DNA from: an uncultured Pseudomonadota bacterium
Lineage (GTDB): Bacteria; SAR324; NAC60-12
NCBI GenBank assembly: GCA_913020725.1
Contig: CAJWCD010000011.1
Location: forward strand, 1 to 39,604
Direction: 5' to 3'
DNA: 39,604 nucleotides
Every line of letters begins with the position of its first letter. Position 1 is the first letter of the stretch. The notes under the pieces were generated by a model, which was given only the letters and a program-made list of their open reading frames with translations, had not been told where the DNA came from and made no database searches. The position numbers were made by a program, and so were the translations under genes. Positions 25,783-36,416 of the stretch are shown here, in pieces.

Positions 25783-26490
25783 TCAGAAACGAGTGAACAC
25801 GGAGAGGATGGGACCACCACCAACGGTGATGGTTTCGTACTGCTGACGGGAGCCGGTGGCGTTTTTCCCGAGGCTGGTGGAATTCGTGACACCGGAGGTC
25901 GAGATCGCAAGCTCGAACTTGAAGCCGGCTTCCTCGCCTCCGTACTCTGTGCCAAACTTCAGCATCTGCACGTTAATGCTGTAGTTGGAACTCTGGCTGG
26001 AGTTATAGACGGTATTGGTGTAAGTACCATTGGTCTCCCGTCCTCCATCATTGTAGGAGTTCTTGAGGCTGAAATTTCCAGTCAGCAGCCCGATGTTCAT
26101 GTTGAACTTCGCCTCGGTCGCTTCCTTCCAGTACCAGTTTCCGCCGATCAGAAATCCGGGTCCGGCATCCTGTGCGACATCGCCGATTTTGACGCTGCTC
26201 GAATCCTCGAGCGTGAAGTAACTGCGTCCCGGACTGATGCCGAGGACGGTCTCCACGGTGAAGAAGGGAGTGAAGATCCACTCAAGACCAACGGCGGTGC
26301 TTTGGATGGACGCCGAGCTTGAGGCGGTGACCTCCGTCCCGTCACCGTCGGTCGTTACGTAGGAGTAGTTGACCGTGGTGATGAAGCGCTGGAAGGAACC
26401 ACGCCATTTCTTCTTCTTCCGACCTTGCGCTTCGGCGAGCGTGGCAAAGGCGACCAGTAAAACGAGCAGCAGCGGGAGAATTCTTTTCAT
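25783..26490 (-). CDS. Predicted small outer-membrane beta-barrel protein
   Basis: MKRILPLLLVLLVAFATLAEA/Q signal peptide (ATG 26490); amphipathic strands; C-terminal SVFTRF. Confidence 0.72.
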   Translation of the reverse strand: MKRILPLLLVLLVAFATLAEAQGRKKKKWRGSFQRFITTVNYSYVTTDGDGTEVTASSSASIQSTAVGLEWIFTPFFTVETVLGISPGRSYFTLEDSSSVKIGDVAQDAGPGFLIGGNWYWKEATEAKFNMNIGLLTGNFSLKNSYNDGGRETNGTYTNTVYNSSQSSNYSINVQMLKFGTEYGGEEAGFKFELAISTSGVTNSTSLGKNATGSRQQYETITVGGGPILSVFTRF

Positions 26491-26565
26491 GCGAATCATT
26501 TGGAAACGGGAACGTGCTTGCCCTCGCGGAAATGCACACTCCACGCCACTCCAAAAGTTCCCCGC

Positions 26566-29189
26566 TCAGACCGCCCGCAGCAATGCCAAGGGTTTTTGCC
26601 GCAGCGTTCCGGAGGCCGCCAGCAGGGCGACCCCCATGCTCAGCAGCGAAACGCCGATGACGCTGGCGACGCTCACCTCCCACGCAAGCATCCAAAGCCG
26701 CCCGAAGAACTGCCACGCCAGCGCGTAGGACATCGCCAAACTCAGCAGCAGCCCAAAGAGCGCCGCGAAAAACCCAAGCAATCCGAACTCCAGCAGGACG
26801 AGCGTGCGCACGTCCTGAAACCGCGCACCCAAAACCTTGAGCAGGTTCAGTTCCCATTGGCGCGTCTGCACCTCATGCCGCGCAATCGAATAAACCACCA
26901 CCAGCCCGACAAGAATGGAAAGCCACGCCATCATCCGAATCGCCAAACTCATCTGGTCGCTGATCTGGAGGATGCGGGTGACGATCCGAGTGACATCAAT
27001 CACCGAGACGTTTGGAAACTCCTGCACCACTATGTTCTGGATCGTGAGCCGCTGCTGGTCGTCCAACCTGCTGATGGAACCCAAGAAGCTCGCCGGGGCT
27101 TCCTCCAGCACTCCGGGTTGGAAGAGGATGAAGAAGTTGGGCTGAAAGCTGTTCCACTTCACCTGACGAAAGTTGACCACGCGCCCTTCCACCGGAACGC
27201 CCAATACGTCGAAAGTGAGGAGGTCTCCCAGCCGCAACCCCAGCCGCGAGGCAAAGCGTTCTTCTAGCGAAAGCTCTGGAGGTTCTGAAGAAAGCGGATC
27301 GTAGGACGCGGCCAGCGGACGCCCGGAAACGATGCGCTCTGAATTGGAAAGCGCGGTGCGGTACGAGAGGTTGATTCCACGAGACCGGAATCTGCGGTCG
27401 CCTTCCTGCTCGCGGGTCAGCACCTGCCCGTCCAATTCGGTGCGGAACGGAGTGCCGTTGACCGCCTCCAGCCGCGCCCGCACAAGCGGAGAAAGGTGGT
27501 CGAGTGCCGTGCCGTGCTGTGCGAGCATCCCTTGCACGGGGTCCACTTGTTCGGGTTGGATGTCAAACAAGAAGAGGCTGGGCACTTTCACTCCTTCTGG
27601 ACGAGCGACCTCCTCCTGCAAACCGTTGTGAATTTGCGGCACTAGGTTGATGAGCAGTGTGCCCACGGCAATCGCCAGAAAACAGGAGATTGACCCCAGA
27701 CGATTCCGAGAGAGGTTGCGGAACGCCAACCGCCCCATCGTGCCAAAGCTTGGCCCGGCAAGCTGGAGCAGCGACAGCAGCCCCCACCCCAACAGTCCCA
27801 GCACGAGGATGCTGCCGAAAAGCATGCCGATGAACGCACTGCCGACGATCCACGATTGTGCCTGCCACACCGCCAATCCCCAATACACGAAAATCAGCGG
27901 GAGATACGCCCCCACGTCCCGGAAACGCCAGCGTCCACCCACACTCCGGAGCCCAAGGTGTTCGTGGAACAGCGAAAGTGGCTGCACCAATTGGAGCCGC
28001 GTCAACACAGGCAGACAGAACGCGATGCTCCCCAGCGATCCCATCACGAACGCCAGCCCAAGGTTCCGGAGGTTGAACGAGGTCTCGAATCCGGGCGGGA
28101 GAAATTCCGCAAGCAACCACGGCAGCGCAGGCAAAATCAGCACTGCCCCGACAATCGCCACCAGCGCCGCAGCCGTGCCGAGCAGGCCAAGCTGCCACAG
28201 CACCACCTGCACGGTTTCGGAACGCTGCGCCCCCAAGCTCATCAGAATCGCCATCTCCCGGAAGCGCTGCCGCAGGTAGCTCCGGAAAAGATAGGCCGCA
28301 CCAATGCTGGCGAGGAAGAGTGCGATCAACGCGATCAGCCCAAGGTAGTCGTTGAGGTAGCCCAACACGCGCCCTAGATTTTCGCTCGCGCCGTCGTGCG
28401 TCTGCACCCGAATCCTTGATGTTTCCCCGGAAAGGTTCCGGATTTCCTGCTGAAGTTGCTGCGAGAGGTGCTCCAAATCTGTGTCTTCCGGAAGCCAGTA
28501 GAGTCGCTGAAACCTGATACGGCTCTTGGTCGTGAGCAGTCCCGTACTCTCCACTTGTGAGAGTCCGATGTACACCCGTGGCGCGACTCCAAAGGAGTTG
28601 AACGCGCTGCTCGCGTCCTCCGTGATCGCAGCAGCAATCTCGAACTCGCGGTCTCCAATCTGGAGTTGCTCTCCCACTTCCAAGCCCAGCGCATTCAGCA
28701 GTTCCGGATACGCCCAGAGCTTTCCGCCTTCGAGCAATTCCCGCCGCACCCAATCGGCATCGGCGACTCCCTTGTGGGCAAGCCGCAGTCCGCCGTAGAA
28801 CGGAAAGCCCTCGTCCACGGCAATAAGCTGCACGAGCCGGGAACGGTCAGCCCCTGCGACCATTGTGAAGAAAGCGACGCGCCGAGTTTCACGGTGGTCT
28901 TCCGGGAGCAAGGTTCGCAGCCGGTCGAGGACTTCAGACTCAAACGGCGTGTTCGAGGAGAGCGAGAGGTCGGCGGTCAGAATCGCCTTGGAGTTGCGGG
29001 CGAGGTGGCGGTCCAGCGAAACCTGAAAGGAGTCGAGCGCGATGAATCCCGCCAGTCCAAGGGCAAGGTTGACGACAAAAAAGACGCTGAAACGCAGGTT
29101 GTTGCGCAGTTCCCGGACGGCCAGCTTGGGCCAGAGCGTCCAGCGCGGCGGCAACGATCCGGACTGCTGGGGTCGCGGCAGGGGGGCGT

Positions 29190-29193
<4 letters not shown>
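26566..29193 (-). CDS. ABC transporter permease, YbbP/FtsX-like duplicated type
   Basis: LAVRELR, LTADL, AILMSLGA, FDIQPEQ, WNSFQPNFFILF, LLKVLGA; TTG 29193 overlaps the ATPase stop. Confidence 0.9.
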
Positions 29194-29855
<662 letters not shown>

Positions 29856-30286
29856 CGTGTGGCTTGGAAGAAGTGTTGAAACTTCCAGTATACGGCACTT
29901 AGCGTATGGAATCCACTACGAGGACGCGGAAACCGCCGAGTTTATTGTATCAGGATGTTGTTTAAAGAAACGCTCCTTCCCTCGCCACAGATCACCGGAT
30001 TCAAAAAACATCCGTGAGGATTTGCGCAAATCCGCAGCCAAAACTCAGAACCGGGAGTCATCGTGCTTGACTGTAGCACCTTGTCGGTGATAACCGTTGC
30101 TTCTTGATTTTCCCTACACACAACGCTATTTTTAAGGTGGAGGTGCTTATGAATATCCTGTTTCCAGTCAAACGGTTGAGCCGAAAAAACTTGCGGATTT
30201 CCTGACATTTTGAGATAAACCGCACACCATCCAGCACCGAGAATGAACCCCCATTCCGGGATCCCCTTTGTTGAATTGGAGGAGGT

Positions 30287-31777
30287 GTGTGCAGATCATG
30301 TTTGGTTTTGGGAACAACCGTGTTGGTCGTGATGAGTACGGGATGTGCGGATTCCGAGAAGGAGGAGTTCGAGGAAACGAGCACGACATCATCCGCATTC
30401 ACGGTGAGTTCCGTTTATCCTGCCGACAATGCCACAGGCGTTTCCGTTTCCGATAACATCACCGTCACGTTCAGTGGCTCCCTGAGTTCTTCTGGAGTTG
30501 ACAACCAAACCCTGCAATTGCTCGATAACGGCACTGCCCTCAGCGGCAACCTCACGGTGAGCGGCACGCAACTCATTCTTGACCCAACGCCCACCCTCAG
30601 CTACAGCACCCAGCACAGCATCCAGCTTTCCGGACAAACCCAAAACTCGGCAGGCACGAGTCTCGGCGACAACCAGACGTGGAGCTTCACCACGGGAACT
30701 GAACCGGACACCACCGCCCCAACCTCCCAGAGTTATTCCCCGTCCGACAACGCCACGAACATTTCCACCAGCGACAACATCACCGTCACCTTCAGCGAGG
30801 CGATTGCCAGCAGTTCGGTGAGCAGCACGTCCTTCAAGGTGGTGGACAACGCCTCGGTGACGGTTTCCGGAAGCTACGCTGTCGATAACGCCACCGTCAC
30901 TTTCACGCCTTCTTCCGCACTGACGCCCTACCTCAAGTACACCGTCACGCTGACTTCCGGAATCACAGACGCCTCCGGGAATGCGCTTCAGAGTCCGCCA
31001 AGCTGGTCCTTCACGACCAAGAACGGAGTCGTCCAAGCCGCTGATTCGGAAGGCATGATCCTCTTGAGCGGGGGTGAATTCCAGATGGGGGCGGTCAACG
31101 AAAGTGAGTCGGATGCAGACACGAGCAGTAACGAATTCCCGGTGCATACGGTCACGCTCTCGAACCGCTTCTACATCCTCGAACACGAGGTGACGGTGGA
31201 CAACTACACCGCCTGCGTCAATGCCGGAAGCTGCACGACCACGGGCGTGACCTACAACTCGAAGTGCAACTACGGCAGTTCCGGAAAAGGCAGCTATCCC
31301 ATGAACTGCGCAACCTACACGCAGGCCACGGATTACACGACGTGGAAAACCTCGACCGGCTCCAAGACCTTCCGACTCTGCACCGAAGCCGAATGGGAGT
31401 TCGCCACCCGTGGCGGAACCACGACGAAGTGGTGGTGCGGCGATGACGATTGCACCCTCACCGGGGTCGCGTGGTACGACTCAAACAGCCGCTCCGGAAC
31501 CAACGCTGTCAAGCAGAAGACGGCGAACGCTTGGGGACTCTACGACGTGCATGGCAACGCCTGGGAGCGAGTCACGGATTATTACAGCGGCAGCTACTAC
31601 AGCACCGTCTCTTCCGGGGTCACGAATCCCACGGGTCCCAGCACCGGAAACTCGCGGGTGCTGCGGGGTGGGGGCAATTCCAGCGAGAAGAAAAGCCTGC
31701 GCTCCGCCAAGCGTTGGTACAAGAGTCCGTCTTCGGTGTCGCACTCCGTCGGTTTCCGGATTTGCGCCGATTCCTGA
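30287..31777 (+). CDS. Lipoprotein with two Big_5/SbsA Ig-like domains and an FGE/SUMF1-like domain
   Basis: GGAGG RBS; lipobox STGC; P.DNAT..S.SDNITVTFS...WSFTT twice; GGEFQMG, EFPVHTV, HEVT, RLCTEAEWEFA, NAWGLYDVHGNAWE, RVLRGG, GFRI. Confidence 0.9.
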   Translation: MCRSCLVLGTTVLVVMSTGCADSEKEEFEETSTTSSAFTVSSVYPADNATGVSVSDNITVTFSGSLSSSGVDNQTLQLLDNGTALSGNLTVSGTQLILDPTPTLSYSTQHSIQLSGQTQNSAGTSLGDNQTWSFTTGTEPDTTAPTSQSYSPSDNATNISTSDNITVTFSEAIASSSVSSTSFKVVDNASVTVSGSYAVDNATVTFTPSSALTPYLKYTVTLTSGITDASGNALQSPPSWSFTTKNGVVQAADSEGMILLSGGEFQMGAVNESESDADTSSNEFPVHTVTLSNRFYILEHEVTVDNYTACVNAGSCTTTGVTYNSKCNYGSSGKGSYPMNCATYTQATDYTTWKTSTGSKTFRLCTEAEWEFATRGGTTTKWWCGDDDCTLTGVAWYDSNSRSGTNAVKQKTANAWGLYDVHGNAWERVTDYYSGSYYSTVSSGVTNPTGPSTGNSRVLRGGGNSSEKKSLRSAKRWYKSPSSVSHSVGFRICADS

Positions 31778-31786
31778 GATTAACCG

Positions 31787-31815
31787 TTGACTTCGCTGCC
31801 GAGTTTGCAGAGAAT
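31787..31815 (+). promoter_or_regulatory. Putative sigma70 promoter of the PDH operon
   Basis: TTGACT-17 bp-GAGAAT, followed by GGAGA RBS before ATG 31854. Confidence 0.45.
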
Positions 31816-31853
31816 GCAGGCTCTTAACGACTTGAACCGATTCGGAGACACTT

Positions 31854-34514
31854 ATGAACGACCTCCCGACCCATGACGTTGATCCGCAAGAAACCCAGGA
31901 GTGGATCGAGGCCATTGAAGCGGTGATTGAGCGCGACGGCCTGGAGCGGGCGCACTACCTGCTGAGGAACCTTGCCGAGCGCGCTGTCACCTCCGGAGTC
32001 GAATCACCCTACCTTGCGACCACCCCGTACATCAACACCATCCCGCCTGAGCTTCAGGTGCGCTCTCCGGGCAACCACGAGATCGAAGCCAAACTGAGAG
32101 CGCTGATCCGCTGGAATGCGACGAACATGGTGGTCAAGGCCAACAAAACCTCCTCCGAGCTTGGCGGACACATTGCAAGCTTCGCTTCTGCCGCAACGCT
32201 CTACGATGTCGGATTTAACCACTTTTGGCATGCCCCGCACGAGGGGCACGGTGGCGATCTCGTGTACATCCAGGGGCACTCCGCTCCGGGCATCTACGCC
32301 CGCGCCTTTCTGGAAGGCCGGATGAGCGAGGCACGCTTGGTCAATTTTCGCCAAGAGACCGGAGGCGAGGGCATCTCCTCCTACCCCCACCCTTGGCTAA
32401 TGCCGGACTTCTGGCAGTTCCCCACGGTCTCGATGGGGCTGGGTCCGATCATGGCGATTTATCAGGCGCGCTTCCTCAAGTACCTCCACAATCGGGGACT
32501 CGCCGACACCACCAACCGCAAGGTCTGGGCCTTCCTTGGCGATGGCGAAACGGACGAACCGGAATCGCTTGGAGCGATTGGACTTGCCGTGCGTGAGAAG
32601 CTCGACAATCTCGTCTTTGTCATCAACTGCAACCTCCAGCGGCTCGATGGTCCAGTGCGCGGCAACGGCAAGATCATCCAAGAACTGGAAGGCGAATTCC
32701 GGGGTGCGGGCTGGAACGTCATCAAGGTCATCTGGGGTTCCTACTGGGATCCGTTGCTGGCCCAGGACAACCACGGACTGCTGCGTCAACGCATGGAAGA
32801 AGCCGTGGACGGAGAGTATCAGGCGTTCAAGGCCAAGGATGGCGCGTATGTGCGAGCACACTTCTTCGGGAAGTATCCGGAACTGCTGGAAATGGTTTCG
32901 ACCATGACCGACGAGGACATCTGGCGGCTCAATCGGGGCGGACACGATCCGCACAAGATCTACGCCGCTTACCACGCCGCCGTCAACCACGCCGGGCAGC
33001 CAACCGTGATCCTCGCTAAGACCGTGAAGGGCTACGGCATGGGCCACGCAGGCGAGGGTCAGAACATCACCCACCAGCAGAAGAAGATCAATCCGGAAGA
33101 CCTCAAAATCTTCCGTAATCGCTTCAAGGTGCCGCTCAGCGATGAGCAAGTCGAACGCATGGAGTTCTACCACCCCGGAGAGGATTCTGAGGAAATCCAG
33201 TACCTCAAGGAGCGTCGCGCAGCCTTGGGGGGGGCACTCCCGCAGCGTCGCATTCAGGCCGAACCGATTTTGGCCCCGCCGCTTGGAACCTTTGAGCGTC
33301 TGCTCAAGGACACGGGCGACCGCGAGCTGTCCACGACTCAGGCGCTCGTGCAGGCGATGATCGTGCTCACCCGCGACAAGGTCATCGGCCCACGGCTGGT
33401 TCCCATCGTTCCGGACGAGGCTCGCACCTTCGGGATGGAGGGCATGTTCCGGCAAATCGGCATCTACGCCCACGAGGGCCAGAAGTACGAGCCGATGGAC
33501 CGTGACCAACTCATGTACTACCGCGAGGACAAGCAGGGGCAGATCTTGGAGGAAGGCATCAACGAGGCTGGTTCGATGGCCTCATGGATTGCGGCGGCGA
33601 CCTCGTACAGCCACTCGAACTTGCAGATGATCCCGATTTTTATCTTCTACTCAATGTTCGGTTTCCAGCGCGTGGGCGACCTCATTTGGGCTGCTGGCGA
33701 CATTCAGGCTCGCGGCTTCCTGATCGGTGGCACCGCCGGGCGCACCACACTCAACGGTGAGGGGCTTCAGCACGAGGACGGCCACAGCCAAATTCAGGCG
33801 GGAACGGTGCCCAACTGCATCTCCTACGATCCCACCTTCTCCTATGAGGTGATGGTTATTTTTCGGGAAGGGTTACGGCGCATGTTCGAGGAGCAGGAGA
33901 ACGTGTTCTACTACCTCACCACGATGAACGAGAATTACCCCCATCCTGCGCTTCCGAAAGGCGAGGAGGAGAACATCATCAAGGGCATGTATTGCTTCCG
34001 CAAAGGCAAACGCGGCAAGAAACGGGTGCAGTTGCTCGGTTCCGGAACCATCTTCCGCGAGGTGATTGCCGCTGCTGATTTGCTGGCCGAGGACTTTGGT
34101 GTGCAGGCGGATCTTTGGAGCGCTCCGAGCTTTAACGAACTCAAGCGCAATGGCGACGACGTTGTCCGCTGGAACCGACTCCATCCGGACAAGCAACCCC
34201 GGCAGTCGCATGTCGAGCAGTGCCTTGCCGGAACAGCAGGCCCAGTGGTTGCCGCCACGGATTATGTGAAGCTCTACGCTGATCAAATCCGGGCCTTTGT
34301 GCCACACCGCTATGTTGTCTTGGGAACCGACGGTTTCGGGCGCAGCGACACACGCAAAGCCCTGCGCCGACATTTTGAGGTGGACCGCCACCATGTGGTC
34401 GTGGCGACCTTGAAGGCACTTACTGAAGAAGGCACAATTCCGGCGAAAACCGTCAAGGAAGCCATCAAGAAATATGGGCTTGACCCGGAAAAACCCAATC
34501 CGCTGTATGCGTAG
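31854..34514 (+). CDS. aceE: Pyruvate dehydrogenase E1, homodimeric type
   Basis: DVDPQETQEW, GGHIASFAS, PTVSMGLGP, GDGETDEPES ThDP motif, GEGLQHEDGHS. Confidence 0.98.
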   Translation: MNDLPTHDVDPQETQEWIEAIEAVIERDGLERAHYLLRNLAERAVTSGVESPYLATTPYINTIPPELQVRSPGNHEIEAKLRALIRWNATNMVVKANKTSSELGGHIASFASAATLYDVGFNHFWHAPHEGHGGDLVYIQGHSAPGIYARAFLEGRMSEARLVNFRQETGGEGISSYPHPWLMPDFWQFPTVSMGLGPIMAIYQARFLKYLHNRGLADTTNRKVWAFLGDGETDEPESLGAIGLAVREKLDNLVFVINCNLQRLDGPVRGNGKIIQELEGEFRGAGWNVIKVIWGSYWDPLLAQDNHGLLRQRMEEAVDGEYQAFKAKDGAYVRAHFFGKYPELLEMVSTMTDEDIWRLNRGGHDPHKIYAAYHAAVNHAGQPTVILAKTVKGYGMGHAGEGQNITHQQKKINPEDLKIFRNRFKVPLSDEQVERMEFYHPGEDSEEIQYLKERRAALGGALPQRRIQAEPILAPPLGTFERLLKDTGDRELSTTQALVQAMIVLTRDKVIGPRLVPIVPDEARTFGMEGMFRQIGIYAHEGQKYEPMDRDQLMYYREDKQGQILEEGINEAGSMASWIAAATSYSHSNLQMIPIFIFYSMFGFQRVGDLIWAAGDIQARGFLIGGTAGRTTLNGEGLQHEDGHSQIQAGTVPNCISYDPTFSYEVMVIFREGLRRMFEEQENVFYYLTTMNENYPHPALPKGEEENIIKGMYCFRKGKRGKKRVQLLGSGTIFREVIAAADLLAEDFGVQADLWSAPSFNELKRNGDDVVRWNRLHPDKQPRQSHVEQCLAGTAGPVVAATDYVKLYADQIRAFVPHRYVVLGTDGFGRSDTRKALRRHFEVDRHHVVVATLKALTEEGTIPAKTVKEAIKKYGLDPEKPNPLYA

Positions 34515-34526
34515 AAAGATGTTACT

Positions 34527-35921
34527 ATGTCCACTGTGACGGATGTGTTGGTCCCTGACATTGGGGACTTCAAAGAGGTTGAGGTCATTGACATCCTCAT
34601 CAAGCCCGGAGATGCAGTCCAGCCGGAAGACCCGCTGGTGACACTGGAAAGCGATAAGGCGTCAATGGACATTCCGGCCACAGACGCAGGCATCGTGCAA
34701 GAAGTCATGATCAAGGTGGGGGACAAGATTGCCGAAGGCAGCGTCATCCTCCGACTACTACCCTCCGACGATTTGAAAACGGCAGTTGCTGCTCCCGTTC
34801 CAGAAGCGGCCCCGCCTGCTGAATCAAGCTCGCCGTCCAGTCTGAAATCAGCTCAAAAAAACGTTCAGAAAACCACGTCCACTCCTGAACCCGCCGACCT
34901 TAGCCTCTCTCCTCCCGTTCCTGCGGCGGACCTTCCGGAGGATGCAGTCATGCAGTCCCCGTTGCGACCCCCACCCGTGGCCACCGTGGTTGATCAAAAA
35001 GCCTTTGTCAGTGCCCACGCGAGTCCCGCCGTGCGGCGGTTTGCACGCGAGTTGGGAGTAGATCTCAGCAAAGTGCAGGGTTCCGGACGCAAGGATCGCG
35101 TCACCAAGGAAGACGTGCAGGGCTTCGTCAAGCAGGCGCTCAGTACAGGAATGCCTGCCGCCGCCGAAACTACTGCTGGCGGCATCGGTATCCCAGCAAT
35201 TCCGGAGGTGGATTTCAGCAAGTTCGGGCCGATTGAGGTGCAGCCGCTTTCGCGCATCAAGAAACTCACGGGGAAGCACCTGCACCGGGCTTGGCTCAAC
35301 GTGCCGATGGTCACGCATCACGATGAGGCGGACATCACCGAACTGGAGGCGTTCCGGAAATCACTCAAGGAGGAAGCCACCAAGCAGGGATTGCGCGTCA
35401 CGCCGCTTGCATTTTTACTGAAAGCTTTAGCTGCGGTTTTGTGGATGCACCCACATGTCAACGCCTCGCTCGCTCCGGATGGCGAAAGCCTAGTGCTGAA
35501 GCAGTACTGCCACATCGGGGTCGCGGTGGACACGCCGAACGGACTGGTGGTTCCGGTGATTCAGAACGTGGACCAGAAGGGCATCTTCGAACTCGCTGCC
35601 GAACTTGGCGAGGTCAGTGTCCGTGCCCGTGACGGCAAGCTCAAAATGCAGGATTTGCAGGGCGGCTGCTTCAGCATCTCTAGTTTGGGGGGCATCGGCG
35701 GAACCGCCTTCACGCCACTCGTGAACGCCCCGGAAGTCGCCATTCTCGGAGTCACCAAATCCCGCATGGCTCCGGTCTGGAACGGGGCAGAGTTTGTGCC
35801 TCGACTCCTATTGCCACTCGACCTCACTTACGACCACCGCGTGATTGACGGGGCGCAGGCCGCCCGCTTCATGGTGGACCTCTGTGCAGTGATCCGTGAC
35901 TTGCGGCGGTTGTTGCTTTGA
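34527..35921 (+). CDS. aceF: Dihydrolipoamide acetyltransferase E2, one lipoyl domain
   Basis: LESDKASM lipoyl motif, HASPAVRRFARELGVDL, DHRVIDGA. Confidence 0.97.
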   Translation: MSTVTDVLVPDIGDFKEVEVIDILIKPGDAVQPEDPLVTLESDKASMDIPATDAGIVQEVMIKVGDKIAEGSVILRLLPSDDLKTAVAAPVPEAAPPAESSSPSSLKSAQKNVQKTTSTPEPADLSLSPPVPAADLPEDAVMQSPLRPPPVATVVDQKAFVSAHASPAVRRFARELGVDLSKVQGSGRKDRVTKEDVQGFVKQALSTGMPAAAETTAGGIGIPAIPEVDFSKFGPIEVQPLSRIKKLTGKHLHRAWLNVPMVTHHDEADITELEAFRKSLKEEATKQGLRVTPLAFLLKALAAVLWMHPHVNASLAPDGESLVLKQYCHIGVAVDTPNGLVVPVIQNVDQKGIFELAAELGEVSVRARDGKLKMQDLQGGCFSISSLGGIGGTAFTPLVNAPEVAILGVTKSRMAPVWNGAEFVPRLLLPLDLTYDHRVIDGAQAARFMVDLCAVIRDLRRLLL

Positions 35922-35970
35922 TTTAGCAAGGTGAGGTGATCGATTGGAAACTGCGAAATTGGAAAAGGAT

Positions 35971-36156
35971 ATGAATTCCGTGCAATATGTTTTGGATCGC
36001 AAAGGCCGCAGGAAATCGGTGTCGTTGCCCTTGCGGGAGTATGAGGATTTACTCGAAGATCTTCATGACTTGGCAGTGATTGCCGAGCGCCGGGATGAAA
36101 CTCCTAGGTCATTAGCAGAGGTGCGGCAAAACCTGACCCGCGATCATGTCTTATGA
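35971..36156 (+). CDS. Putative antitoxin, 61 aa
   Basis: AAGGA RBS then MNSVQYVLDRKGRRKSVSLPLREYEDLLEDLHDLAVIAERRDE...; acidic C-half; overlaps the toxin start. Confidence 0.75.
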   Translation: MNSVQYVLDRKGRRKSVSLPLREYEDLLEDLHDLAVIAERRDETPRSLAEVRQNLTRDHVL

Positions 36157-36410
36157 ACTCCGCATTCTTCCCTCTGCGGAGAAAGACTTGCGCAAGTTAC
36201 CTCGAAGCACGGTGTCCGCAATTTTGGAACAAAATCGAATCTTTGAGCCAAGCACCATTCCCTTCCGGTGTTCGTAAGCTGGAGGGAGCAGATCGACTTT
36301 GGCGTCTGCGAGTCCGGGATTATCGAATCACCTACGAAGTTGATTCGGGTATGAAAGAAATCACTATCCGCTATGTGCGTCACCGACGTGAGGCGTACCG
36401 ACAACTTTGA
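36146..36410 (+). pseudogene. RelE/ParE-family toxin split by a +1 frameshift
   Basis: Frame from ATG 36146 gives MSYELRILPSAEKDLRKLPRSTVSAI then stops at 36275-36277. The +1 frame gives WNKIESLSQAPFPSGVRKL...WRLRVRDYRITY...HRREAY. The junction is the TTTT run at 36222-36225. Confidence 0.8.
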
Positions 36411-36416
36411 ACAAAC

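Noticed and set aside
31640..31853. Complete diversity-generating retroelement
   Set aside because: No template repeat or reverse transcriptase in the window; aceE follows directly.
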